Shown here piece after piece: positions 1 to 8,436 of a stretch of 64,000 nucleotides of DNA. Every line of letters starts with the position of its first letter. Position 1 is the first letter of the stretch. The stretch covers positions 1,072-65,071 of the forward strand of contig DUON01000010.1 in assembly GCA_012838805.1 (NCBI GenBank), written 5' to 3'. Under the pieces are notes generated by a model, which was given only the letters and a program-made list of their open reading frames with translations, was not told where the DNA came from and searched no databases. The stretch comes from Clostridiales bacterium (GTDB taxonomy: Bacteria; Bacillota; Clostridia; Christensenellales; DTU072). The position numbers and the translations under genes were made by a program.

Positions 1-2
1 AG

Positions 3-203
3 GACAGAATATCCGCCCTCAAAGCGCATAAGAGCCAGTTCTTATCCAATGAAAAGTTGGAACAAGAATTCAAAATGATGCAGCTATACTTTAAGTTCAC
101 GGCAATAAGACATGGGCTAAAGAGATTTTACAAATACGCTGACGCTTATAGAGTGCTTTCCGTAATACATACCCATTGTGCGCCTGAAGGCTCAATTATA
201 TAA
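3..203 (+). CDS. C-terminal fragment of a PIG-L/LmbE-like deacetylase (5' end outside the window)
   Basis: Frame 3 is open from the window edge to TAA at 201-203. The translation DRISALKAHKSQFLSNEKLEQEF... resembles the AL-x-AH-x-SQ C-terminal motif of PIG-L family proteins. It is absent from the ORF track because it has no in-window start. Confidence 0.35.
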   Translation, partial: DRISALKAHKSQFLSNEKLEQEFKMMQLYFKFTAIRHGLKRFYKYADAYRVLSVIHTHCAPEGSII

Positions 204-573
204 AAAGCGGACTTACCGTATAATTTCTTTTTAGCGAAAAAAATCCATTCCCTATTATCATTCAACTATAAAGAGCTGTCGGTATGTAAAATTTCACTTT
301 TTTTGCAGAAAGCCAAAAACAAATATTTCGGCATAATTGACCGCTCTTAACAAAGAAAAAATCCGTTCAAAGCGTCTCTGTCTTAATGAAACCTATCTCT
401 TTTTAACCGCTTTTTTTTCGTTTGCTGACTATTATCACAACAACAATGGCGATAATAACGAAAATTATTTTTTTATCTTTTTTGCTAAATAAGAAAAATC
501 AAATAATATACTTGGTAAATTTTCTATTATATAATACAATAGAGGTAACTAAAGAACAAAAAAAGGGGATTTT

Positions 574-972
574 ATGGACAAAGAAAGGATAAAGTCGCCT
601 GAAGAATCAAGAACCGAACACACCCAAATAGTATTTTCTGAATATATCAACGGAGTGGGAAGGCTTTTTGGCGGAAAGCTTGTGGAATGGATGGATATTG
701 TCGCTGCGGTGGTGGCAAGAAGACATTCGGAATGCGAAGTGACCACTGCTTGTATAAACAAAATGGACTTTGCCCTGCCCGCTGAACTCAATGATACCAT
801 AGTCATTATCGGAGAATTGATTTCCGTGGGCAACACCTCTATGAATGTTCAAATAACCGCCTATGTGGAAAAACTGGGAGGGAAGAAGATAAAAATATCC
901 ACTGCGAATTTTGTTATGGTGGCATTGGGAAAAGACGATATCCCCTGCAGAGTGCCCAGACTGTCGCAATAA
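574..972 (+). CDS. acyl-CoA thioesterase (hotdog fold, YciA-like)
   Basis: 132-aa ORF with the signature [22 protein letters not shown] typical of acyl-CoA hydrolases. A G-rich SD lies about 5 nt upstream of the ATG. Confidence 0.8.
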   Translation: MDKERIKSPEESRTEHTQIVFSEYINGVGRLFGGKLVEWMDIVAAVVARRHSECEVTTACINKMDFALPAELNDTIVIIGELISVGNTSMNVQITAYVEKLGGKKIKISTANFVMVALGKDDIPCRVPRLSQ

Positions 973-985
973 AGGAGATAAAGAT

Positions 986-3076
986 ATGAAAAATGTAACT
1001 GAAATATTCGGCTCGCTTGTATTTAACGACAAGGTCATGAGAGAAAGACTTCCTCAAGAGACCTACAAGGCTCTAAAGAGGACGATTTTTCATGGAGAGC
1101 CGTTGTCCGAAAATATTGCGGACACCGTCGCCGATGCCATGAAAGAGTGGGCGATTGAGCATGGTGCAACACATTATACCCATTGGTTTCAGCCCATGAC
1201 GGGAATCACCGCAGAGAAACACGACAGCTTTATTTCTCCCACGAAAGACGGCAGAGTTATTATGGAATTTACTGGGAAATCGCTAATAAAAGGCGAACCT
1301 GACGCCTCAAGCTTCCCCTGCGGGAGCCTAAGGGCTACTTTTGAGGCAAGGGGCTATACGGCGTGGGATCCCACATCTTATGCCTTCATTAAGGATAAGT
1401 CCCTTTATATCCCCACTGCTTTTTGGTCTTACAGCGGAGAGGTGCTGGACAAAAAAACTCCGCTTCTAAAATCTATGCAAGCTATCAATAAACAGACCAT
1501 GAGGATACTTCGATTGTTCGGCACATCCGCCACAAATGTTAATATTACGGTGGGGGCGGAACAAGAATATTTTCTTATTGACCGCAATATGTTTAGGAAA
1601 AGACCCGACCTTATCTATTGTGGAAGAACGCTTTTTGGCGCCAAGCCCCCCAAAGGTCAAGATTTGGACGACCATTATTTTGGCGCGATAAAGCCCAAAA
1701 TATCCGATTTTATGTGCGAGCTTGACGAAAAGCTTTGGGAACTTGGGGTATTCGCAAAGACCAAGCACAACGAAGTCGCTCCCTCCCAACACGAGATAGC
1801 GCCCGTCTTTACTACTGCGAACACCGCCACCGACCACAACCAAATCACAATGGAGACCTTACGGACTCTTGCGGATAAGCACAACCTTGCATGTCTTCTC
1901 CACGAGAAACCTTTTGTAGGAGTCAATGGAAGCGGAAAGCATCTCAATTGGTCCATGAGCACCAACAAGGGACGCAACCTATTAGAGCCTGGCGATACCC
2001 CCGAAAAAAATGCACAGTTCTTATTGTTCCTTACAGCAATAATAAAAGCCGTGGACCTCTATCAAGATTTATTGAGGCTTAGCGTCTCCACTGCGGCGAA
2101 TGACCATAGATTAGGAGCCAATGAAGCTCCGCCCGCCATAGTCTCTATATTCTTAGGCAACGAACTGACTGATATCTTGACTGCTATTGAAACAAAGTCC
2201 AGCTTCAACCAAAAAGCCAAACTCTGTTTGGAAGTGGGCGTGGACACCATGCCCAAGCTGCCCAAGGACACTACTGACAGAAACAGGACAAGTCCTTTCG
2301 CTTTCACGGGAAACAAGTTTGAGTTCAGAATGCCGGGGTCAAGCCTTAATATAGCAAGTCCTATCATTGTGCTTAACACGATAGTAGCCGACATATTAAG
2401 CCAGTTCGCCGACCAATTGGAAAAAACAGAAGATTTCACAGCGGAACTCAACAATATCATTCGCGACACGATAAAAAACCACAAGAGAATAATTTTCAAC
2501 GGCAACAATTATTCCCAAGAATGGATTGAGGAGGCAAAAAGAAGAGGTCTTTTGAATTTGAAAAACACTTTAGAGGCTCTTCCCGAATTCAAAAAGCCCA
2601 AGAATTTGGAGCTCTTCAAAAGGCACAATATCTTCACCGAACAGGAGATTTCTTCAAGGCAAGAAATACTCTATGCCAACTATTGCAAGACCATACATAT
2701 AGAGGCTCTTACCATGCTGGATATGGTGAAGAAAGGCATCGTCCCTGCGGTCATCTCTTTTTCCAAAGAGCTTTCAGAGCTTATCTTAAACAAGAAATCT
2801 CTGAATATGCCCGTACAAGACACCCTTGAAAAGAATCTCTTGGATAGGATATCCCAATTGTCCTTTAAACTTGACGACAAAATAAACGCATTGGAAAAGG
2901 CGGTCTCTGCGACCAACGGGGAAAAGAACTCACACCAATCCGCCAAGTACTATCACGACAAGATATTCTTGACAATGCAAGAACTTAGAGAAATAGTCGA
3001 CGAATTGGAAACTATAGTAGGCAAAGATTATTGGCCGTATCCCTCATATGGAGATATCCTATATAGCGTAAGCTAA
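986..3076 (+). CDS. glnN: glutamine synthetase type III
   Basis: About 696 aa. The N-terminus [23 protein letters not shown] and overall length fit GS type III. AAAGGAG lies 8 nt upstream of the ATG at 986. The track start at 911 overlaps the upstream gene and lacks an SD. Confidence 0.9.
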   Translation: MKNVTEIFGSLVFNDKVMRERLPQETYKALKRTIFHGEPLSENIADTVADAMKEWAIEHGATHYTHWFQPMTGITAEKHDSFISPTKDGRVIMEFTGKSLIKGEPDASSFPCGSLRATFEARGYTAWDPTSYAFIKDKSLYIPTAFWSYSGEVLDKKTPLLKSMQAINKQTMRILRLFGTSATNVNITVGAEQEYFLIDRNMFRKRPDLIYCGRTLFGAKPPKGQDLDDHYFGAIKPKISDFMCELDEKLWELGVFAKTKHNEVAPSQHEIAPVFTTANTATDHNQITMETLRTLADKHNLACLLHEKPFVGVNGSGKHLNWSMSTNKGRNLLEPGDTPEKNAQFLLFLTAIIKAVDLYQDLLRLSVSTAANDHRLGANEAPPAIVSIFLGNELTDILTAIETKSSFNQKAKLCLEVGVDTMPKLPKDTTDRNRTSPFAFTGNKFEFRMPGSSLNIASPIIVLNTIVADILSQFADQLEKTEDFTAELNNIIRDTIKNHKRIIFNGNNYSQEWIEEAKRRGLLNLKNTLEALPEFKKPKNLELFKRHNIFTEQEISSRQEILYANYCKTIHIEALTMLDMVKKGIVPAVISFSKELSELILNKKSLNMPVQDTLEKNLLDRISQLSFKLDDKINALEKAVSATNGEKNSHQSAKYYHDKIFLTMQELREIVDELETIVGKDYWPYPSYGDILYSVS

Positions 3077-3088
3077 TATAATTAAAAA

Positions 3089-3120
3089 AGCGTATCCAAA
3101 ACTGAATACGCTTTTATTTT
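3089..3120 (+). terminator. rho-independent terminator after glnN
   Basis: Stem AGCGTAT / ATACGCT with a 10-nt loop, followed by TTTTATTTT. Confidence 0.6.
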
Positions 3121-3226
3121 GAAAACGCTTATTGCAAAAGACCTAATTTTTGGGTCTTTTTATCTTAACAAAATCACTTATAAAGCTAAGCATAGCGGGC
3201 TTTTTTATGCTTTTATCTTAACAAAA

Positions 3227-4087
3227 TCATTTTTTAAGCACCACTTCGGATATTATCGGAAAATGGTCTGAGGGATAGTTCCCTTCCTCGTCGGAGTCCC
3301 TAATAATCTTATGGCTATGCGCCTCAAAATCTTTTGTAGTGAAAATGAAATCTATGGGCTTATCAGAATTAGGAGTCCCAAAACCGTTATATGTGCCGCC
3401 CGAATCGCTGTTTTCTTGTGGAGACTGATATTTGGTATCCACAAGGTTTTGGTCAAGTATCAGCTGATATCTATCCGTGCCTTCAGAGAAATTAAAGTCT
3501 CCCGTCAATATGGTAGGCAAGGCGCTTTCTTCAATTCTATTTAAGATAAGTTTCAAGCCTTCGGTACGCGCGACTGTGCCCTTATGGTCCAGATGAGTAT
3601 TAAAATGAGAAAAGGTCTGTTTGCTTAGTTTATCCTTGAATGTCACTCTGGTACAAATCCTTTCCAAATCTGCGTCCCAACCTTTAGACATTTGATTGGG
3701 GGTTTCAGACAGCCAGAAAGTCTCCTTTTCCAAAGCTTCGAACCTGTCCTTTTTCCAAAAAATTGCCGCCGCTTCCGAAGTGAGTATAAACGGTCCGCGG
3801 TGTTCGCCATAATAGCCGTATCCTTCCAAGTTCTCTTTTAAGAACACATACTGGCCTTCTTTAAGCTCTTGAAACCCAATGATATCGGGGTCATAGTCTT
3901 TTATAAGCTGAAGAACTCTGTCCTTTCGGTTCACCCACATATTATTCAGCTCTGGCTCAAAAGCTATGCAACGGATATTAAAGCTCATGACCTTTATCGG
4001 ATATTCCTTTTTTTCGCATGAAGAGCCAACCACACAAAACGCAATCGCAAATATCAATATCAAAAATGCGCTCATTATCTTTTTCAT
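3227..4087 (-). CDS. endonuclease/exonuclease/phosphatase (EEP) family lipoprotein
   Basis: Signal peptide with lipobox (…CVVGSSC). EEP motifs SFNIRC, GFQEL, GDFN and SDHFPI are present. Confidence 0.8.
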   Translation of the reverse strand: MKKIMSAFLILIFAIAFCVVGSSCEKKEYPIKVMSFNIRCIAFEPELNNMWVNRKDRVLQLIKDYDPDIIGFQELKEGQYVFLKENLEGYGYYGEHRGPFILTSEAAAIFWKKDRFEALEKETFWLSETPNQMSKGWDADLERICTRVTFKDKLSKQTFSHFNTHLDHKGTVARTEGLKLILNRIEESALPTILTGDFNFSEGTDRYQLILDQNLVDTKYQSPQENSDSGGTYNGFGTPNSDKPIDFIFTTKDFEAHSHKIIRDSDEEGNYPSDHFPIISEVVLKK

Positions 4088-4204
4088 ATATAAGTGCCTT
4101 TTTCTTTTTATTTTAACACATCAAAGCGGTATAATCAATCATCTCTTTCTACCTTTAATTTTACTTTGTTGCCAAGTGTCAATAATGCTGATAATATATA
4201 TTAT

Positions 4205-5734
4205 ATGAAGACAATAAAAGACCTGAAGATACCCTTAGATAAGGATACTGAATTAAAGGAAATCGCCGCCCGAAAGGTCGGCTTAAAGCCTGAGTCCATA
4301 AAGACTTTTAATATAATAAAAAAGTCCATTGACGCCAGAAAAAAATCTGATATCAAATTTATATATTCCTTGGAATTGTCGGATAAGTTCATTCCCCCAA
4401 AAGAAGTATTCTTCCCTAAGGCAAAAAAGAGCGGCGACAGACCTATTGTTGTGGGGAGCGGACCTGCGGGGCTCTTTTGCGCCTTGTATCTAAGCCATGC
4501 GGGGCTAAAGCCTATAATTTTGGAGCGTGGCTCTAAGGTGGAAAAAAGAATAGAGGATGTCGGGAATTTCATTAAGACTGCGGTCTTGAACGAACAGAGC
4601 AATATCCAATTCGGCGAGGGCGGATCGGGTACCTTTTCGGATGGCAAGCTGACAACGATGACAAAAAGCCAATATCGAAAGGATATCTTAAGGCTGTTTG
4701 TCAAGTTCGGCGCACCCGAAGAGATACTGTATTTGAACAAGCCCCATATCGGCACAGACAACCTGATAAGGGTATTGAAGAATATCAGAGGAGAAATCAT
4801 AAGCTTGGGCGGAGAGTTTCATTTTGATACTTTAGTGGACGACATAATAATAAAGGATAACAAAGCTTTGGGCGTAAGAGCCAACAACAAAGAATTTATA
4901 AGCTCGCATATTGTCCTTGCCATAGGTCACAGTGCCAGAGACACATATAATATGCTGTACAATAAAGGCGTGTTCATGGAACAAAAAGAATTCTCGGTAG
5001 GTTTTAGGATTGAGCATTCGCAAAAGCTTATCAATCTAAGCCAATACGGCGAAAGATTTCATAACCATACGGCATTGGGGGCGGCGGATTATAAATTTGT
5101 CAGCCATACTCCCATAAGAAGCGTATACACCTTTTGTATGTGTCCGGGCGGTCAAGTGGTAGCGGCTGCAAGCCAAAAAGGAATGCTTGTCACCAACGGT
5201 ATGAGCACATACGCAAGAGACGGCAAAAACGCCAACAGCGCCATTCTTATAAACATTAAAAAAGAGGATATGGGCTCCCAAAACCCGCTTACGGGAATAC
5301 TTAAACAACAAGAATTTGAAAGGAAAGCTTTCCTATGGGGCGGCGAAAACTATATGGCGCCCGTTCAGCTTGTGGGAGACTTTTTAAGAGGCATCCCTTC
5401 CAAAAGCATAGGCGAAGTTAAGCCGTCGTATCCTATCGGAGTGAAACTATCGCCCCTTCATGAATTTTATGACAAGAGCTTTTATCAAAGTTTTTGCTTT
5501 GCCATAGAGGATATCGCCAAAAAAATGAAATACTTCAATATGTACGACGCCGTACTAACCGCAGCGGAGACAAGAAGTTCCGCACCTTTGAGAATTACAA
5601 GAGACCATACCTTTCAAAGCGTCTCCACAAAGAATCTTTATCCCGTCGGCGAAGGTTGCGGATATGCGGGGGGAATTATGAGCTCGGCAGCGGACGGCGT
5701 GAAAACAGCTTTATATATAATAGAAAACTCTTGA
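4205..5734 (+). CDS. FAD-dependent oxidoreductase (COG2509-type uncharacterised dehydrogenase)
   Basis: Dinucleotide-binding motif VVGSGPAGLFCALYL. The N-terminus MKTIKDLKIPLDKD... is the likely true start at 4205. The track extension from 4094 is AT-rich leader. Confidence 0.8.
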   Translation: MKTIKDLKIPLDKDTELKEIAARKVGLKPESIKTFNIIKKSIDARKKSDIKFIYSLELSDKFIPPKEVFFPKAKKSGDRPIVVGSGPAGLFCALYLSHAGLKPIILERGSKVEKRIEDVGNFIKTAVLNEQSNIQFGEGGSGTFSDGKLTTMTKSQYRKDILRLFVKFGAPEEILYLNKPHIGTDNLIRVLKNIRGEIISLGGEFHFDTLVDDIIIKDNKALGVRANNKEFISSHIVLAIGHSARDTYNMLYNKGVFMEQKEFSVGFRIEHSQKLINLSQYGERFHNHTALGAADYKFVSHTPIRSVYTFCMCPGGQVVAAASQKGMLVTNGMSTYARDGKNANSAILINIKKEDMGSQNPLTGILKQQEFERKAFLWGGENYMAPVQLVGDFLRGIPSKSIGEVKPSYPIGVKLSPLHEFYDKSFYQSFCFAIEDIAKKMKYFNMYDAVLTAAETRSSAPLRITRDHTFQSVSTKNLYPVGEGCGYAGGIMSSAADGVKTALYIIENS

Positions 5735-5772
5735 TATTCATATTATTCTCAAAGAATTTTGACTATAAAAAT

Positions 5773-6241
5773 AATTAGTTAGAACCTCTAACCGATTGTC
5801 GCATAAATTAGTTAGAACCTCTAACCGATTGTCGAATAAATTAGTTAGAACCTCTAACCGATTGTCGAATAAATTAGTTAGAACCCTATTATCAAATTAT
5901 TAGTTAGTGCCTCTAACCAGTTTATCAAGACCAAAACTACAACCAATTAAGAATCTGGAACTAATTGTTAGTTAGAACCCCTTACTAATTGAAAATTCAT
6001 CAGTTAAAATCTATAACCAATTGTTAGTTAGAACTCCTAACCAATCATCAAATTAATTAGTTAGAACCTCTAACCAATTATCACTTTAATTAGTTAGAAC
6101 TTTTAACCAATTGTCAAATATAAATAGTTAGAACCTCTAACTAATTGTTAAAAATATAATCAATACCTACAACCAATTGTAAAATATAATCAATACCTCT
6201 ACCCAATTGTAAACTTTAATTAGTTAAACCTCAAACTAATT
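5773..6241. repeat. tandem array of about 15 palindromic units, consensus AATTAGTTAGA-ACC-TCTAACCAATT, period about 33 bp
   Basis: Read directly. GTTAGA-N3-TCTAAC type cores start at 5778, 5811, 5844, 5903, 5971, 6003, 6027, 6060, 6093, 6127 and 6223. Decayed copies sit at 5877, 5937, 6161 and 6191. The first three 33-mers are near-identical. Confidence 0.9.
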
Positions 6242-6265
6242 ATGATTACTATCCCTCTAAAAAAT

Positions 6266-6309
6266 ATCATAAAAAGACAAAAGCCGTTATCTTATGAACG
6301 GCTTTTGTC
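6266..6309 (-). terminator. rho-independent terminator of hsp20
   Basis: Perfect 13-bp stem GACAAAAGCCGTT / AACGGCTTTTGTC (6276-6309) with an 8-nt loop. A T-run follows on the minus strand. Confidence 0.75.
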
Positions 6310-6337
6310 AATCACTATGAAATTGCTTAATCGAAAG

Positions 6338-6748
6338 CTATTCGATTATGATTTGCTTTCTTTTTTTGTCCGCATCTTTTTTGGGAACGGTTATTGACAA
6401 TATTCCATCCTCATATTTCGCCTTTATGCCGTCGGAGTCGATATTAGGAAGATATACCGCTCTTCTTTGAGAGACGAATCTTCTCTCCTTGTGGATATAG
6501 TTCTGTTCCTTTTGCTCGCTCTCCTCATCCTGAAAAGCATGAATGACAAGCTGGTTGTCCTCGGCGTGGATATCAATATTGCTCTTTTTCATTCCCGGCA
6601 GTTCCGCGTCGATAATGTACTCCTTTTCATTCTCTCTGACATCAATCTTCATATCGTTCGCCTTGGCATAAAAGGGAAAATCGTTGAAGAAATCGTCAAA
6701 CATGTTATAAAGACTCATTTGGTTTCTTCTTGTTCTCATTGGTAACAT
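6338..6748 (-). CDS. Hsp20/alpha-crystallin family small heat-shock protein
   Basis: The alpha-crystallin domain pattern is recognisable (…DVRENEKEYIIDAELPGMKKSNIDI…GILSITVPK). AAAGGAGG lies 11 nt upstream of the ATG at 6748. The track start at 6760 is a GTG inside the SD. Confidence 0.9.
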   Translation of the reverse strand: MLPMRTRRNQMSLYNMFDDFFNDFPFYAKANDMKIDVRENEKEYIIDAELPGMKKSNIDIHAEDNQLVIHAFQDEESEQKEQNYIHKERRFVSQRRAVYLPNIDSDGIKAKYEDGILSITVPKKDADKKRKQIIIE

Positions 6749-6778
6749 ACCTATATACACCTCCTTTATTATATTTTG

Positions 6779-6805
6779 TTAGCACTCACAGCCTTAGACT
6801 GCTAA
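6779..6805 (-). promoter_or_regulatory. CIRCE operator (HrcA binding site)
   Basis: TTAGCACTC-N9-GACTGCTAA matches the CIRCE consensus TTAGCACTC-N9-GAGTGCTAA at 17 of 18 positions. It sits between the promoter and the hsp20 SD. Confidence 0.85.
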
Positions 6806-6809
6806 TAAT

Positions 6810-6837
6810 ATTATAACAGATAGATTTTTCTTGTCAA
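6810..6837 (-). promoter_or_regulatory. sigma-A type promoter of hsp20
   Basis: On the minus strand: TTGACA (6837-6832), a 16-nt spacer, TATAAT (6815-6810). Confidence 0.6.
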
Positions 6838-7048
6838 GAGTTTTATATAAATTTCTTCACAAATTTTGATATATAAAATAATTATGCCCAGCAAAACAAA
6901 AGGCAAACAGCTTCTCTAATAATATAATATGAAATTATGAGCCTTATTCTATCTTTGGCAATATTTTTTGGATTGAAATATCTGCTTTTCTATCTAATAG
7001 ATAAGCAAATTGTTCTTATAAAAAACTTTGAAATAAGAAATAATTTAA

Positions 7049-8428
7049 TTAATTTTTTATGTCAAAAAACCTTATCGCATTAAAGTAGCAGATATCCTTG
7101 ACCATTTTTTCAAGAATCTTTTTGTCATAATAGAATTCGCCCTTGGTTACCTTTTCGCCGATAAAATCGCAGAGAATTCTTCTAAAATAGTCATGGCGGG
7201 AGAAGGAAATAAAAGACCTTGAATCGGTAAGCATGCCTACAAACCTTGACAAGTTCAAGTTCGAAGAAAAGGTCTTAAGATGCGCTTCTATGCCGTCCTT
7301 ATGGTCTTGAAACCACCACGCCGCACCCAATTGGACATTGCTTTTGGAGTCGCTGAAGCAGCCGCAAAGAGCAGCCAAAGCTTGATTAAAGGCGGGGTTC
7401 AGATTGTAGATTATGGTATTGGGAAGTCTGTCTTGGCTTTTAAGCTTGTCAAGCAAGTCCCCCAACCCATCAATAAAGCCCTTGTCGCTGATACCATCAC
7501 ATCCACAGTCCTTGGACAGTCTTTCAAACAAAAGTGTGTTATTGTCTCTTGTCGCGCCTATATGAAGCTGAAGCGCCATTTTTCTTTTATGGATATGCCC
7601 GATTGACTTAAGAAGGATATAGGAGCTTAGCTTTTTTCTTTCAGAAGGCTGTATTTCTTGCCTTAAAAACTTATCAAAAATTTTGTCCGCATCCTCTTTT
7701 GAGATTATGGTAGGTAAATCTTCTATGGCGAAGTCGCTTGCCTTAGATTTATTCTCGCTGAAATAATCTATCCTTCTAAAAACAAGCTCCATATACTCGT
7801 CCAAGCTCTTTACTTTCTTTTGGTATTTCTTTTCAAGCTCATCCAAAAATTCTTTATTTATATTAATGGCTCTGTCCCCGCGGAATGTGGGATAAACCTT
7901 AACATTATAATTTTCCTGCCATAAAAGCTTGTGATATGTTAAATCGCTCATGGCGTCGTCGGTGGTGAACACAATATCGGCTTTGGAGAGCTTTAAGCAC
8001 TTCCTTGGAGAGAGCTTTGTCTGTTCCAATATTTTTGTGGACTCTTGCCAAATCTCCAAAGCGGTATCCTCTTTTATGGGCTTATGTATCCCAAAGTACT
8101 TTTTTAATTCCAAATGTGACCAAATATAAAGGGGATTGTGGACGGCGCTTTGTATGCTCTTGACATAGCATAAGAATTTCTCATAGTCCTCGGCATCGCC
8201 TGTGATATATTCTTCAGCGTATCCCGAACAGCGCATAAGTCGCCATTTGTAGTGGTCGCCCTTAAGCCAGAGTTCATATAAAGATTTGAAAGGCTTGTCC
8301 CGATAGATATCCTCAGTATCAAGGTGGGAGTGAAAATCCATTATCGGCAAATTTAACGCATAATCAAAATAAAGTTCTTTAGAAACTTCGCTACTTAAAA
8401 AGAATGTATCGCTTAAAAATTCTTTCAT
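7049..8428 (-). CDS. uxaC: glucuronate isomerase
   Basis: 459 aa. The N-terminus …LPIMDFHSHLD… and DHYKWRLMR are typical of UxaC. Confidence 0.9.
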   Translation of the reverse strand: MKEFLSDTFFLSSEVSKELYFDYALNLPIMDFHSHLDTEDIYRDKPFKSLYELWLKGDHYKWRLMRCSGYAEEYITGDAEDYEKFLCYVKSIQSAVHNPLYIWSHLELKKYFGIHKPIKEDTALEIWQESTKILEQTKLSPRKCLKLSKADIVFTTDDAMSDLTYHKLLWQENYNVKVYPTFRGDRAININKEFLDELEKKYQKKVKSLDEYMELVFRRIDYFSENKSKASDFAIEDLPTIISKEDADKIFDKFLRQEIQPSERKKLSSYILLKSIGHIHKRKMALQLHIGATRDNNTLLFERLSKDCGCDGISDKGFIDGLGDLLDKLKSQDRLPNTIIYNLNPAFNQALAALCGCFSDSKSNVQLGAAWWFQDHKDGIEAHLKTFSSNLNLSRFVGMLTDSRSFISFSRHDYFRRILCDFIGEKVTKGEFYYDKKILEKMVKDICYFNAIRFFDIKN

Positions 8429-8436
8429 GCCGCCCT

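Noticed and set aside
911-985. The upstream extension of glnN proposed by the ORF track.
   Set aside because: It overlaps the thioesterase gene in another frame and has no SD. The ATG at 986 has AAAGGAG upstream and gives the canonical GS-III N-terminus.
3158-3229. A 19-nt direct repeat TTTTATCTTAACAAAATCA (3158-3176 and 3211-3229), each copy next to a hairpin.
   Set aside because: One copy overlaps the stop codon of the EEP gene. The pattern looks like a small local duplication of that gene's 3' end and terminator, with no further structure or coding potential.
5773-6241. I asked whether the repeat array is a CRISPR.
   Set aside because: The period is only about 33 bp, made of a 24-bp palindrome and a 9-12 bp linker. 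The linkers are similar or identical between units rather than unique spacers. No cas genes are present in the window.
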